A stretch of 63,690 nt of DNA, counting the filler, from Octopus bimaculoides (lineage: Eukaryota), in NCBI RefSeq assembly GCF_001194135.2. It is 5 parts of 4 records of this genome, joined end to end, with 100 filler letters (N's around TTAATTAATTAA, not from the genome) between each part and the next. Parts side by side here need not be neighbours in the genome. Positions count along the whole stretch, not along the records: positions 23,625 to 39,898 come from NC_068987.1; positions 39,999 to 55,625 come from NC_069004.1; 3 more parts are not named here. One strand, 5' to 3'. Below the pieces are notes generated by a model that saw only the letters and a list, made by a program, of their open reading frames with translations, did not search any database and was not told where the DNA came from. Within the stretch, counting starts at the first letter, position 1. Each line of letters opens with the position of its first letter. Both the position numbers and the translations under genes were made by a program. This document shows, piece by piece, positions 38,887 to 51,992 of the stretch.

Positions 38887-39447
38887 GTATGTGTTATGTA
38901 ACGTCTATTTAATCATCAAATGATAAGATCTGCAAACATCGGTGCTACTATTTCTATTGTCTGTTAGATCGTTTCACTGAGTCCCTTCCTCGTGTAAAAA
39001 CTTAAAACAGCAGATTTCGATAGGTGACTACAGTATCACAGAAACTCTTATGTTAGCAAATCAAGTTTCCTATCCAGTACTGTTACTACATAGATCTCAA
39101 TAAGAGATTTAAAACTAGTTGGTTTTTCTCCTTACGAGATCAGCGACTGAACGTCGCTTTGAATAGTATATACTGTGAGTAAGGTCGGCTCGCTGCTATG
39201 TTTTGCCAGGCGGTTGTCCAGCACCGTGGAAGAAAAAATAGCTCAGAAACCATTTGTCTGCTGGTAATACCAACGGCTTGACGGGGTCGGTGATCAAGCT
39301 TACTTACAGTATGCACCACTCATTCCACCTCAACCCTCAAGATGGAAAGCAGAAAAAAGATGTTTTTCAGGGGCTAAAAAGTAAAAACATATTCCTCGTC
39401 AGGACTGCCATGTGATGCTGGCAAATAAGCTTCATATATATATATAT

Positions 39448-39830
39448 AATCAAAATAAGCAACAAGGATATCCAGGGGTAAAGCAGTAAGATCGTTTCAA
39501 GCAACTCCATTTAATTGAACAATGCAATCATTACATCAATTTAAATGCAGAGCGACCATTAGCTGCATAAAGACATACAATTTAACTTAATTTAATTATA
39601 TGCCTTTATGCAGCCGAGGATTCCTTTGCAATCATTATATCAATCTAAATGAAAAGCAATCCTCGGTTGCATAAATACATAGAATTAAATTAAGTTAAAT
39701 TCTGTCTTTATACAGCTAATGGTTGCACTGCATTTAAATTGATGTAATGATTGCATTGTTCAATTAAATGGAGTTGCTTGAAACGATCGTACTGCATTAC
39801 ATCTGGATATCATTCTGGCTGATTTTGGTT
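39448..39830. repeat. 383-bp imperfect palindrome (about 178-bp arms), MITE/foldback-like
   Basis: Left arm 39448-39626 is complementary to 39653-39830 (e.g. GATCGTTTCAAGCAACTCCATTTAATTGAACAATGCAATCATTACATCAATTTAAATGCAG). Confidence 0.9.
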
Positions 39831-40234
39831 TTCATCACCTTACTTTTAAATTGTATGGATAACACCGTACTAAATTCTGGTGCCTCAACTTAAGTACCNN
39901 NNNNNNNNNNNNNNNNNNNNNNNNNNNNNNNNNNNNNNNNNNTTAATTAATTAANNNNNNNNNNNNNNNNNNNNNNNNNNNNNNNNNNNNNNNNNNNNAA
40001 GCCTTGTGCCTTTAGAAGAACAAATTATTTAACGGCAGCAAGGTGTCAGAATTGTTAGCATGCCTGACAAAAAGCTAAGTGACATTTTATCTGCCCTTAC
40101 ATCCTGCCAAGCATTGAGTCCAGTGAGCTAACGATTTTGTCAGCTCACTACCTTAACAACAACAACACCAACAACAACAGTAATAATAATAATAATAATA
40201 ATAATAATATTAATAATAATTTCAAATTTTGACC

Positions 40235-40635
40235 TCATAGGTCTCGTGGCTTCTGATTGGTAGTGTTATCATGTACGTAGTTTTGTCTTGGTATAAAAGA
40301 TGGGCTACAGCAAATATTCTGCTTAATACCACAGATTTACTTGTCAGTTGTTTGACTTTAATCGGTTGAGTATGTTCCTTGGTGGCTGACGATATGTGCA
40401 TCTCTGATCACGAGCAGAAGTAGTGGGGGAGCATTGTAGCCATGTGTTGAGAGGAATTCTTTGGGGTTTGAATAATCCGCCCCTAGAAACATGGATGTTT
40501 CGTTCAACATCCTTAAACAACCCTTAATCAGGGACCTTTTGAGCAGGATGGGCTACTCGACCTGAAGAAAATTTTAACTGGGCCTCACCTGCAAGGTCAT
40601 GTGCTGTTTATCTTGATATGAGATCACCATATCAT
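40235..40635. repeat. Dispersed repeat family E, second copy
   Basis: Collinear with 24540-24910. Confidence 0.85.
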
Positions 40636-40704
40636 ATATGGTTGTGACTAACGAATACTTAAGATCTTTGGAATCAGTAGAAAAAGAAAATTAAATATGT
40701 ATAT

Positions 40705-41120
40705 AGGCACAGGCCTGGCTGTGTGTTAAGAAGCTTGCTTCTCAACCACATGGTTCCAGGTTCAGTCCCACTGTGTGGCACTTTGGGCAAGTGTCTTCAA
40801 CTATAGCCTTGGGCCAACCAAAGCCTTGTGAGTGGATTTGGTAGATGGAAACTGAATGAAGCCTGTCGTACACACACACACACACATACATATATATATT
40901 TGTATATATTTGTGTGTGTGTTTGTATTTGTATCCCAACCATCACTTAACAACTGATGCTCGTGTGTTTAGGTCCCTGTAACCTAGCCATTCAGCAAAAG
41001 CGACTGATAGAATAAGTACTAGGCTTACAGAGAATAAGTCTTGGGGTTGATTTCTTTGACTAAAACCTTTTAAGGCGATGCTCCAGCATGGCTGCAGTCA
41101 AATGACTGAAACGAGTAAAA
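40705..41120 (+). mobile_element. SINE family A, full length
   Basis: ATAGGCACAGGCCTGGCTGTGTG head through CCAGCATGGCTGCAGTCAAATGACTGAAAC tail. Confidence 0.88.
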
Positions 41121-41709
41121 CAAGGTGTGCAACTTCTTTATTATTAAATTATTTAAAATTCAAACTTATTACCCTGTAACGAATGACAAGAATTAATTAC
41201 CTCCTTTATAATAACTGTCAGCAGGATAACACATGTTTGAATTTAAGAGTGTTTGTATGTTTTAGGCAATTCAAATATCTCTCTGACACTGTTAATTGCA
41301 TCAGTTTCAATACTTGGCCTCAGAGTGTAACACTCGTCAGACACATACAACTTGGGAATTATGGTAGACTTAATTAGAATTGTGCTAATGATATCGTTAA
41401 AAATAGGTAGGAGGGCAATTAAATAATATTGAGAGGAGAGTGAAATCTGGAACATCTTTGTAAATTGAATAAAGTAGAACTGGAGGGGAAGATAGGATGT
41501 GGGGGCTGGAGTGTGCGTGAGTATGGGGCGAGTTTTAAGGTACACATACTCCTAGAACTATAAATAGATACATTCATTCATACATACATATATGTGTACG
41601 TGTGTGTGTGTATTGTATATATATATATATATGTGTGTGTGTATAAGTATAATATATATATACATACACACATTCATATATATATATATATATACCCACA
41701 TTATAGGTG

Positions 41710-42652
41710 TGTTCATTGACCTCTCTCAACAACGCTCCACATGTAATAATCCAATGGATTGAGATCTGGGGATTGGGGAGTCAAATTTTAGGGATTATAT
41801 GATTATGAAAATTTTCAGTCATCCATTCCTGTGTTACCAGAGCCATATGTGTTAGTGCAGAGACTTATTGAAACACATATGGCCTTCCATTGCATACACT
41901 GTCTACCCAGGGCTTAGCAATTATTTCCAGGACCTCAATGTAGGCAGCAAAGTTAACTCTAAGGCCTTGTGGAAAGAAGTAAGGAGGCATCACATGTCCT
42001 TCATTGCTGACAACCCCTAAAACCATGACAGTTTCAGGAAATTTTGTATGCATAACACTTGGAACTTCAGAAATGTCTGCACATAACCATCTGTCATTTC
42101 CTCGTTTGAGAAAAGCCAAATCAAATCTTCTTCAGTTTGTTTAAGAGCCTTTTAGATCTGATGTAGTGTTTTTCTTTTGCTTTTTCTGACAAATTGACCT
42201 TTCCTCATCATATAAGACTTATATCTGATGTCTTCGTGGACAACATTTCTGACTGTTCCTTCTGACACTTGGAGATCTTTTGCAGTTGACCTCATGGACT
42301 TTCTGGGATTGTAATCAATAGTCTGTTGAATGTGCTGGATAAATTCAGGTGTTTTGATGATTTCAGAGTGTTTAGAATGCTTTCTATGCTTTGATACTGG
42401 TGATACGTTTCCATCTTCAGTTTCTAGCTCCTTACAAATTTTGTAGACGATAGATGTGGCAACTTCTAAAAATCGAGATATTTCTAAACCGCTATTCTCA
42501 GCCATTATAACCACAATAACAGCATGCCTCTTCATTTCTTGAGTAAGCTGAGGGTCTGGCCTTATTATTTGCTGAAACAAAGATTATTGAGAGTTAGCAA
42601 AAAATGCAGCAATGATCCAAAAAAGGTATGTCCTCAAATACCTTATGCACCC

Positions 42653-42654
<2 letters not shown>
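41710..42654 (-). mobile_element. Decayed maT (DD37D) Tc1/mariner transposon
   Basis: HTH ORF 42152-42580, then VMHTKFPETVMVLGVVSNEG, YVFQ*VSA (QQDSA-like) and frameshifted NSPDLNPLDY. Restored spacing is 37 aa. 5' end reads CAGGGTG. The region carrying the first D is deleted. Confidence 0.85.
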
Positions 42655-42717
<63 letters not shown>

Positions 42718-43086
42718 TGAGGATAGAGAGAGAGAGAGAAAGATAGATAGATAGATGTGTGTATCTCCTCACATGTAAAGTTATCAATATATGTAAAAAA
42801 AACTCTCTGTACACTTGTACACACACATCACCATCATCATCATAATTTTATTTCTGCTCTTCATACTGGCATAGAGTCAGACAGGTTGCCATGGTCTGAG
42901 TCACTCCTTATTTGGAGTTCTCCTTTCCTCCCATATTCCTTCTGTGTGTGTATGTGTCTGTATACACACACACACACACACACATGCACGCACGCACACA
43001 CACATATTTGAATATATGTGTGTGTGTGTGTATATCTTTATCTGTATATGCATACAAAATTATGTGTATGTAGAAATATATATACA

Positions 43087-43139
<53 letters not shown>

Positions 43140-44606
43140 ATGTAAATATATGCATGCATGTGTGTAATGTGCACTCATACCTGCACATTAATTATCCTTA
43201 TATACATGGTTATTTATATGCACATAGATAAGTTACCGGAACACATTTGTCCATGACCTATGCGTACATACATCCATGTTTCCTTTTTCATGTCTTTGTT
43301 TGACCTTCAGGTCTCCCCCTTCAAACACACACTCCCATGCATGCATATATAAATATTCTTCTAAGAATCAGTATCCTTACATCATGGAATACAAAAGTAA
43401 AAGAAAAAGGAAAAAACAAAATCCAAGCCTGTAATAATCACAGTAACGTTATGCATTATGCATCTATACTTGTGCATACAAAGACATGCACATAAAGCAT
43501 AAACAATTACAATCCCATTATATATATACATACACACGAATTGGGGTCTCATTATATGAGCATAATCTGTTCCAGAACCCTATTCGTTAACCAAATTGTT
43601 CGTTACATGAGTAATTGAAATACATATGAATAGAGGTAATCTGTTCCAAGCCACACCTAAACTCGACATAAAAGAAGAGATAACAGTTTATCTGTCCATA
43701 CTTCAACAGTAAAAGCATAGGCATACATACATACCTACATACATACATACATACATACATGCATACATGCATATACATGCATACATATATACACACACAT
43801 GCACACAAAAGCAAATGCAAAACAACATGATAAAAATAATAGAGAGCAATGGTAGAGCAATATGCTATTTTATTGATGCTGTAAAAGATCTTCACCAACT
43901 GTTACTCAGAGTTTTACATGACCATTTGTCAGACAGTTGTAGTAATACTTGATGAGAGTAGGGAAAAGAAAACTGTCAAGAATGTATAAACTTCTGGCTG
44001 TACAGAGGTTACATGGTTTGTTATTTCTTGCATTAAGGGTTTGCTTTTGATACTATATTCCATCTCAGGTTTTCAAGTTCCCAGTGTATCTTGAGAATGT
44101 AGTGTTGTTATTTTCTAAAAGATTGTATGTAGTTATGTTGATTATAGTGTGGCTTAAAAGGACTGGAAGTAAGGCCTATTTATGCTTTAGATCAGGCGTG
44201 TGCAACATTTTTCGTTGGCAGGCCACTTTCATACATTGGAATAACAATTAGGGCCAGTCATCATCAAAGATATGTAATCTAATGGCAACTAATGTATAGA
44301 GTCATGAATACATTGTGAATATATTTTTAAACAATAAAGACAAATAAAATTAAGTTTAGTTTTATTAATGTGAAACTTGGTATTTTGTGGTTTTGCACAA
44401 TTTATTAATGTCCGCTTTGACTGATGTGGTGGCAACTCAAAGCTGACTGGTGAGATGTGGGCTGACTTTTCTATCTGTTTCTAGTAAATTTCATTCTTGA
44501 GAGGACCTGCTCACAATATGTGCTGCCAGAAAGGGATGTCATTTTCCTAGCATGTTGCTCCAAATTTGGATGCTTTCCACATACATAATTTTTGTTGAAA
44601 GTTACC

Positions 44607-44774
44607 ATAGGTGCAGAAATGGCTGTGTGGTAAGTAACTTGCTTACCAACCACATGGTTCCAGGTTCATTCCCACTCTGTGGCATCTTGGGCAAGTGTCT
44701 TCTACTATAACTTCGGGCCAACCAAAGCCTTGTGAGTGGATTTGGTAGACGGAAACTGAAAGAAGCCCGTCGTA

Positions 44775-44825
<51 letters not shown>

Positions 44826-45035
44826 ATATGTTTGTCAGTCCTCCCAACATCGCTTGACAAACGATGGTGGTGTGTTTGCGTCCCCGTAACTTAGCGGTTT
44901 GGCAAAAGAGACCGATAGAATAAGTACTAGGCTTACAAAAGAATAAATCCTGGGGTCGATTTGCTCGACTAAAGGTGGTGCTCCAGCATGGCCGCAGTCA
45001 AATGACTGAAGCATGTGAAAGAGTAAAAAAGTAAA
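44607..45035 (+). mobile_element. SINE family A nested in the hAT
   Basis: Full head-to-tail copy interrupting the codons for NGNDL|VTF. Confidence 0.88.
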
Positions 45036-45593
45036 GAGTAAAGTCATTGCCATTATATGCTCTTCCCAAGTCCATATCAGACTGCAAGTCTATCAGCTCC
45101 ATTTGACACAAACCGGGACTGCCCTCAGGTGCCATGTCAAATGGCTGAGAAAACAGCTTGAACTCAGTTTCACATTTCCTGAAATCTGCAAATTTGCTTG
45201 TAAATTCAGCACACAACTTGCTAACACTTTCATCATATTTGGAACAATCCAAATCTGGCATTTCTGCTTTTCTGACTGCTAGACTGGGAAAAATGATTGA
45301 GTGCTGTTCTACTCAGCTGAGTCTGAAAACATTGTACTTTCTTTTCAAAGGACCAAATGTGTTCAGACATCTTGTTCATCAGCTGACTTTCACCTTGCAG
45401 TTTAACATTTAAATATGAAAGATATTGTGTGATGTCAGGTAGGAATGCAATGTTATTTAACCAGTCATCATCGTTTAAATAAGCAACACCTTGTTGCTTA
45501 TTTATCATGAATGATCCAATCTCCTTTCTTAGATTCCAAAATCTTTTCAAAGTAGCAGCTCTACTGAGCCAATCTACTGCAGAGAAGTACACA

Positions 45594-45825
45594 ATAAGGC
45601 GGCGAGCTGGCAGAAACAGCGCACTGGGCGAAATGCTTAGCGGTATTTCGTCTGCCATTACATTCTGAATTCAAATTCCGCCGAGGTTGACTTTTCCTGC
45701 CATCCTTTCGGGGTCGATTAAATAAGTACCAGTTACGCACTGAGGTCAATATAATCGACTTAATCCGTTTGTCTGTCCTTGTTTGTCCCCTCTGTGTGTA
45801 GCCCCTTGTGGGCAGTAAAGAAATA
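45594..45825 (+). mobile_element. SINE family B nested in the hAT, 11-bp TSD
   Basis: TSD AGAAGTACACA at 45583-45593 and 45826-45836. Removing the insertion restores DYPDDVYFSAVDWLSR. Confidence 0.93.
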
Positions 45826-47392
45826 AGAAGTACACATCATCAGGATAATCCGAGTCAAGTTCTTCTAAGAAGGTCTTAAGCTGCTGATGGTTTTGTCCTT
45901 GAGTACGAATGTAATTCATGCATTGAACAACATTTTTCATATTATCAGTTAAAGCCGAGTACTTTTGTGCACAAGCTTCCCTGGTGTATGATTCAGTGAT
46001 TCACCACAACCTCTTGCAAGCCGATGGTATCCAAAAATTTCTTTGTGAATCCATTGGTACTACTTGTCAATGAGGATGCCCCATCAGTTGTCAGGTCACA
46101 CAGTTCAGAAGGGTCAAACTGAAACTCCTCCATCAACTTCAAAATTTGTTCACTAATGTCTTGTCCAGTGGTTGTTGAAGACATACTGGTCATGTCCAAA
46201 AATTCTTCAGTTATTTCAAAATTGTCAATAACACCTCGTACAAACACAACCAATTGTGCTGTGTCGCTTACACCTTTGCTTTCATCGAGAGCCAAGCTAT
46301 ATGCTGCACCTCTAATTATACTCTCCTTTGAAGTCTCTTCAATGTTTTCTGCAAATTGATTTATTCTGTTTGACACAGTAAAATGAGACAGACTGGTTTG
46401 CTGCAATAAATGTTTGTTTTTGGCACATGCAGAATCAGTAAATATGCCTAAGCAACTTTTTATGAATTCTCCATTACTGAAGGGTTTCTCCTTTTCCTGC
46501 GATTGATTCACAGATTTTGAAGCTAAGCTTTGTTACAAACTTTCTTATAATATGTAAATACTCCTTGTTGCTTCTTAATTGACTTACTCATCTGTTCTAG
46601 TTTGTCCACTCGAGCTTGACCTACCAGTATATCATGTATGGTTGAATGTTTCATTGTATTATGATGTTTAATGTTGTATTCCTTCATTATGGCTATTGTA
46701 GTTTGGCAGATTACACATACAACACCTTTGTTGAGCTGAACAACCAAATGTTTGTTGCTCCATTTATTGTTGAATATTCTTCCCTCATCATCAATTTTCC
46801 ATTCTTTAGCAGCAGACATCTTTACCTGCATAAAATATGAAACATATTAAAACAATTTGAATTATCACAAAATCGAAAGGGAAGGGCTCAAAGAGTGAAA
46901 TTTTGTAGAAATTTGAATTGATGGTTTGTCTTCTAGTAACTATAAGAAATGAATAAATTTAAAATAAAATCTCTTTGTGTAGCGTGCTTGCAAGTCAAAA
47001 ATGCGACGTCTTTGACATTTTGTAAGGATGAATTGAAAACTGTAAAATTTGTCTTAGGGCTACACAAAAAAAAATTAAAATTAGCGTATGAGGTAAAAAA
47101 TAAAAAGCACACCCCTACTTTAGATGGTAAGTAAGTTTATACCTAACAGTGTTAATAATTTTTACTAGGCAATTAGAGCAGAGTATTCAATTAATGTAAT
47201 TACAGTTGTTTGTATATGTGATAGTGTTGGGTAGACTTAGTTTCAAAAGGAGTGAGGGAGCAGGCATTTGATATAGTGGAGCAAGAGAGTTTAACAGCGT
47301 TTCTATTGAAGATTTGGTAATGTTTAAATTTAGTAGTGAAAATTTTGTTAAATAATTTGAATAAAAACAAAAGAAAAAAGCACATGTATGGG

Positions 47393-47755
47393 ACATAGGT
47401 GTATGTGTGGCTTTCTGATAAGAAGCTTGCTTCCCAACCACATGGCTCCAGGTTCAGTCTCACTGTGTGGCACTTTGGGCAAGTGTCTTCTACTATATAG
47501 CCCTAGAATGACCAAAGACTTGTGAGTGGATTTGGTAGACGGAAACTGAAAGAAGCCCATCAGTTATGTGTCTGTCTGTGTTTGTCTCTCATGACCACTT
47601 GACAACCAGTGTTGATGTGTTTCCATCCCCATAACTTAGTGGTTCAGCAAAAGAGACTGATAGAATAAGTACCTAGCTTTAAAAGTAAATCCTGGGGTCG
47701 ATTCATTCGACTAAAGTTCTTCAAAGCAGTGCCCCAGCATGGCCAAAGTCTGATA
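47393..47755 (+). mobile_element. SINE family A
   Basis: AAGAAGCTTGCTTCCCAACCACATGG..GGTAGACGGAAACTGAAAGAAGCCC..CCCAGCATGGCC. Confidence 0.85.
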
Positions 47756-48007
47756 CAAATAATAGAATAGGAATGATGACTGCAGGATTAAATAAAAATT
47801 TGTTTCCTTCCTGATTTCCATTTCCAATTCTGTGGTTGGCTTTTATGGATGGTTCTTTGATTTAATTAACCTTCTCTTCAGATCTTCTGGATATTGCTGA
47901 ATTGCATTATTTAGAAGAATTACTAAAGATTTGGTTTATTCGCCGAAGGGTTTGGGGTGGGGGGAATTTGAGTGAGTTGCTGACATTTTGTGGGTGGTGA
48001 TTTTTTT

Positions 48008-48215
48008 TTTTTTGTTTTTACTTGCTTCAGTCATGGGACTGCGACCATGCTGCAGCACCACTTTCAGGGCTGTAGTTGATCAAATCAACCACAGTACTGA
48101 TTTCTTTAAGTGTGGTACTTATTTCATCAGGTACTTTTGTCAAACTGCTGAGTTACACGGACATAAACAAACAAACACTGCTTGTGAAGCAGTGTGTGTG
48201 TGGGGAGAAGATAAA
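48008..48215 (-). mobile_element. SINE family A, 3' half
   Basis: TTACTTGCTTCAGTCATGGGACTGCGACCATGCTGCAGCACC. Confidence 0.72.
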
Positions 48216-48309
48216 CACACACAAATGTGTGTGTGTGCATGTGCATATGGGTGTGTGCATGTATATATATATATATATATATATATGGAGAGAGAGAGAG
48301 AGAGAGTGA

Positions 48310-48448
48310 GTCATGTGTAGTAAGAAGCTTGTTTCCCAAACACCTGGTTCTGGGTTCAATCCTACTGCATGGCACCTTGGGCAAGTATTTTCTACTATAG
48401 CCTCATGCTGACCAAAGCCTTGTGTGTGTATTTGGTAGATGGAAACTG

Positions 48449-48492
<44 letters not shown>

Positions 48493-48715
48493 ATGTGTGT
48501 ATCTGTGTGTCTTTGTGTCTGTGTTTGTCCCCCACCACTACTTGACAAGTGGTGTTGGTGTGTTTACATCCCTATAACTTAACAGTTTGACAAAAGAGAC
48601 TCATAGAATAAGTGCCCAGCTTAAAAAGAATAAGTCCTGGGGATGATTTGTTTGACTAAAATCCTTCTAGATATAGCCCCAGCATGGCCATAGTCAAATG
48701 ACAAACAAATAAAAG
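48310..48715 (+). mobile_element. SINE family A
   Basis: GTAAGAAGCTTGTTTCCCAAAC..GGCACCTTGGGCAAG..CCCAGCATGGCCATAGTCAAATGAC. Confidence 0.85.
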
Positions 48716-48724
48716 CTATATATG

Positions 48725-48842
48725 TATGATAGTCTTCTTTCAGTTTCCATTTACCAAATCCACCTGCAAGGCTTTGGTCTTGAACCTGGAACCATGTGGT
48801 TGGGAAGCAAGCTTCTTACCACACAACCATGCCTGCACCTAT
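48725..48842 (-). mobile_element. SINE family A head, internally deleted
   Basis: TCTTTCAGTTTCCATTTACCAAATCCAC..GGAACCATGTGGTTGGGAAGCAAGCTTCTTACCACAC. Confidence 0.8.
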
Positions 48843-48854
48843 CAGATATATATG

Positions 48855-49200
48855 ACACAGGTGCATGGCTCAATGCTTAGAATGTCAGGCTCACAATGAT
48901 GAGGTAGTGAGTTCGATTCTCAAATCGAGCTGTGTTTTGCTCTTGAACAAGATACTTCATTTCACATTGCTCCAGGTCACTCAGCTGCAGAGGTGAGTAG
49001 CGATGTCACCGGTGCCAAGCTGTATTGACCCTTGCCTTTCCCCTGGATAACATCAGTGGCATGGAGAAGGGAGGCTGGTATGCATGGGTGACTGCTGGTC
49101 TTCCATAAACAATCTTGACTGGACTTGTGCCTCGGAGGGGAACTTTCTAGGTGCAATCCAATGGTCATTCATGATTGAAAGGGGTCTTTACCCTTTTTAC
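48855..49200 (+). mobile_element. SINE family D, full length
   Basis: A-box-like TGGCTCAATGC, B-box GAGTTCGATTCT, body matches 28590-28985. Confidence 0.8.
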
Positions 49201-50414
49201 ATATTTGATACATTATAACTGAAAGATTGCTCACATTATAGCAGATGTTTGCTCTCTCTCTCACACACACACACACCACAAGGACAATTAAGACAACACA
49301 AACATACTCAGACAGACACACACACGTACACACACATAACATCCCCACCAACACAAAAAACACACAAACATACACACACACTCACAGATGCACACACACA
49401 CACACGCGAACAAACACACACACAACACCCTGACAAATACCAATCACACACATACACACAACCCTCCAGGACAATTATAACAACACAAACATACTCAGAC
49501 AGACACACACACACACAGACCCATATACATACTCCACAATAAACTCTTGGACCAATCAAAAGCGGTCCACACACACAAACACAAACGCATGTATATACAC
49601 ACACACATAGAGACGTGCACAGAGACACACACTCACACCATTCTGACGTCTAAGACCAGTCCCAAAAACCACTGAACCATGACAAACTAGCCCAGAAACC
49701 AAAAAATCCTTTTAATTCTACATTGCTCTTCTTTCCCCACCCCAACCANNNNNNNNNNNNNNNNNNNNNNNNNNNNNNNNNNNNNNNNNNNNNNNNNNNN
49801 NNNNNNNNNNNNNNNNNNNNNNNNNNNNNNNNNNNNNNNNNNNNNNNNNNNNNNNNNNNNNNNNNNNNNNNNNNNNNNNNNNNNNNNNNNNNNNNNNNNN
49901 NNNNNNNNNNNNNNNNNNNNNNNNNNNNNNNNNNNNNNNNNNNNNNNNNNNNNNNNNNNNNNNNNNNNNNNNNNNNNNNNNNNNNNNNNNNNNNNNNNNN
50001 NNNNNNNNNNNNNNNNNNNNNNNNNNNNNNNNNNNNNNNNNNNNNNNNNNNNNNNNNNNNNNNNNNNNNNNNNNNNNNNNNNNNNNNNNNNNNNNNNNNN
50101 NNNNNNNNNNNNNNNNNNNNNNNNNNNNNNNNNNNNNNNNNNNNNNNNNNNNNNNNNNNNNNNNNNNNNNNNNNNNNNNNNNNNNNNNNNNNNNNNNNNN
50201 NNNNNNNNNNNNNNNNNNNNNNNNNNNNNNNNNNNNNNNNNNNNNTATATATATATATATACATGTTTGTATATAATGTGTAAACAGAGTTTGAAAGATT
50301 GCTTTAAGATACATAGTGTGTTTTATAAATATGCCTGCTCAAGTATCATAATAGCATGAAACTATTAGTAGCACTTTCAGTTGTATTTAATTTGATACAC
50401 ACACACACACACAT

Positions 50415-50555
50415 ACATGGCAGGCTTCTACAGTTTCCATTCTTCAAATTCACTTACAAGGCATTGGTAAGCTCTAGGTTATAGTAGAAGACATTGCCCA
50501 AGGTGCTGTGTAATGAGATTGAACCTGAAACCATTCAAGCTTCATAACCACACAG
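50415..50555 (-). mobile_element. SINE family A fragment
   Basis: GGCAGGCTTCTACAGTTTCC..AGTAGAAGACATTGCCCAAGGTGC. Confidence 0.7.
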
Positions 50556-50849
50556 ACAAGTTGTTTATTTGTTGAAAAGGTTGAGAATCTAAATCAGATA
50601 TTCTTAACTAAATTGTAGTGGGAGAACATCATGGCCATGTGTTGAGAAGGTGTCTTTAGAGTTTGAATAAATGTCATAAGAAAAGCAAAGTTTGAAGGAA
50701 GTTTCATATGTTCTAGGGTTAAGCAAATATGAAATAATAGTTGCTAGCAAGACACCCATTTCTGTCTCTCTGTCTTACTATAACCTTTTATCATCTGACA
50801 CAAGATAACCTCCTCCTCCAATGCCCCTTCCCCTCTCAAAGATCTTTGT

Positions 50850-51140
50850 CTTGCAAGTTACTTGGTGACACTGTCAGTGCTGGTGCCACATAAAAAGTAT
50901 CCAGTTCACACTGTAAAGTGGTTGGCATTTGGAAGGGCATCCAGCTGTAGAAACATGCCAAAACTGACTTCGCCTGTGCTGGTGCCATGTAAAAAGGACT
51001 CAGTCCAGTCTATGGGGTGGTTGGTGTTAGGAAGGGCATCTGGCTGTAAAAACCATGCCAACACAACCACAGTAGCCTGGTGGCTGGCTCCTGTCAAATT
51101 GTCCAACCCATGCCAGCATGGAAGGCGGATGATGATGATC
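50850..51140 (+). mobile_element. RTE 3'-UTR-derived short element with internal duplication and (GAT)n tail
   Basis: GTGGTTGG..GGAAGGGCATC..GCTGTA occurs twice. Ends CCAACCCATGCCAGCATGGAAGGCGGATGATGATGAT, like 54480-54530. Confidence 0.8.
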
Positions 51141-51688
51141 CAAAGACAAAACTCATGTTACACAGTGTAATTAACCTAACAATTTCAAGCTACAGAACAC
51201 AGACAGACTAAGTTACAAATGAAAAAAAACTACAGATCTTTTAAATTCATGGATTGTTTCCATTGGAATCAAACTTTCCATCATTCTTTTTCTGGATGCT
51301 GTTATGAACTTTATAAACTCTCTGTACTTGTGTTGGAAACCAACCTTAACATTTTCTCTTACAATATTCATAAATATATTTCTAGGTGTTTGTATAGATA
51401 CATAGAGGAGAGAAGAAAAAATGAAGAATTGAAAAGATGGATGGATGGATTTATGCATAGGGCATGAGTGAATGTGCTCAAGTACTTATCTATGTGCATA
51501 GAAATAACTGCTTTTATAAGAATGCCTGTTATTATATGTGCATATGGGCATATATAACATCTACGAGTATATTTTTTTATCTATTGAGTGTGAAATGTGG
51601 TGTTTTACTATCCAGCAGGCAGTGGACATCCCCATCTCTAAATCTTTGCTTGTGAAGTCAAGCCAAGAAAGATATATATATATGTGTG

Positions 51689-51758
<70 letters not shown>

Positions 51759-51764
51759 TTTATT

Positions 51765-51957
51765 TGTTTCAGTTGTTTGACTGCAGCCATGCCAGAGAAC
51801 CACCTTTAGTTGAAGAAATCGATCCCAGGATTTATTCTTTCTAAGCCTAGTACATGTTCTATCGGTCTCATTTGCTGAACCACTAAGTGACGGGGACGTA
51901 AACACACCAACATCGGTTGTCAAGTGATGGTGGGGGAACAAACACATACACACATAT

Positions 51958-51992
<35 letters not shown>

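Larger units (their letters stand above)
44193..47117 (-). mobile_element. Complete hAT transposon relic (SPIN/GTF2IRD2/EPM2AIP1-like transposase) with TIRs and 8-bp TSD
   Basis: TSD CTTTAGAT at 44185-44192 and 47118-47125 (nnnTAnnn). TIR CAGGCGTGTGC / TAGGGGTGTGC. Motifs CVIC..KEYNIKHH, YSLALDES, LTTDGA, H*IIHQ, WLSRAATLKRF, GSTY.CEQVLSRMK. Confidence 0.93.

Noticed and set aside
49245-49640. CA-rich block with an about 45-bp direct repeat (49280, 49467)
   Set aside because: Ordinary local duplication within a degenerate (CA)n tract.
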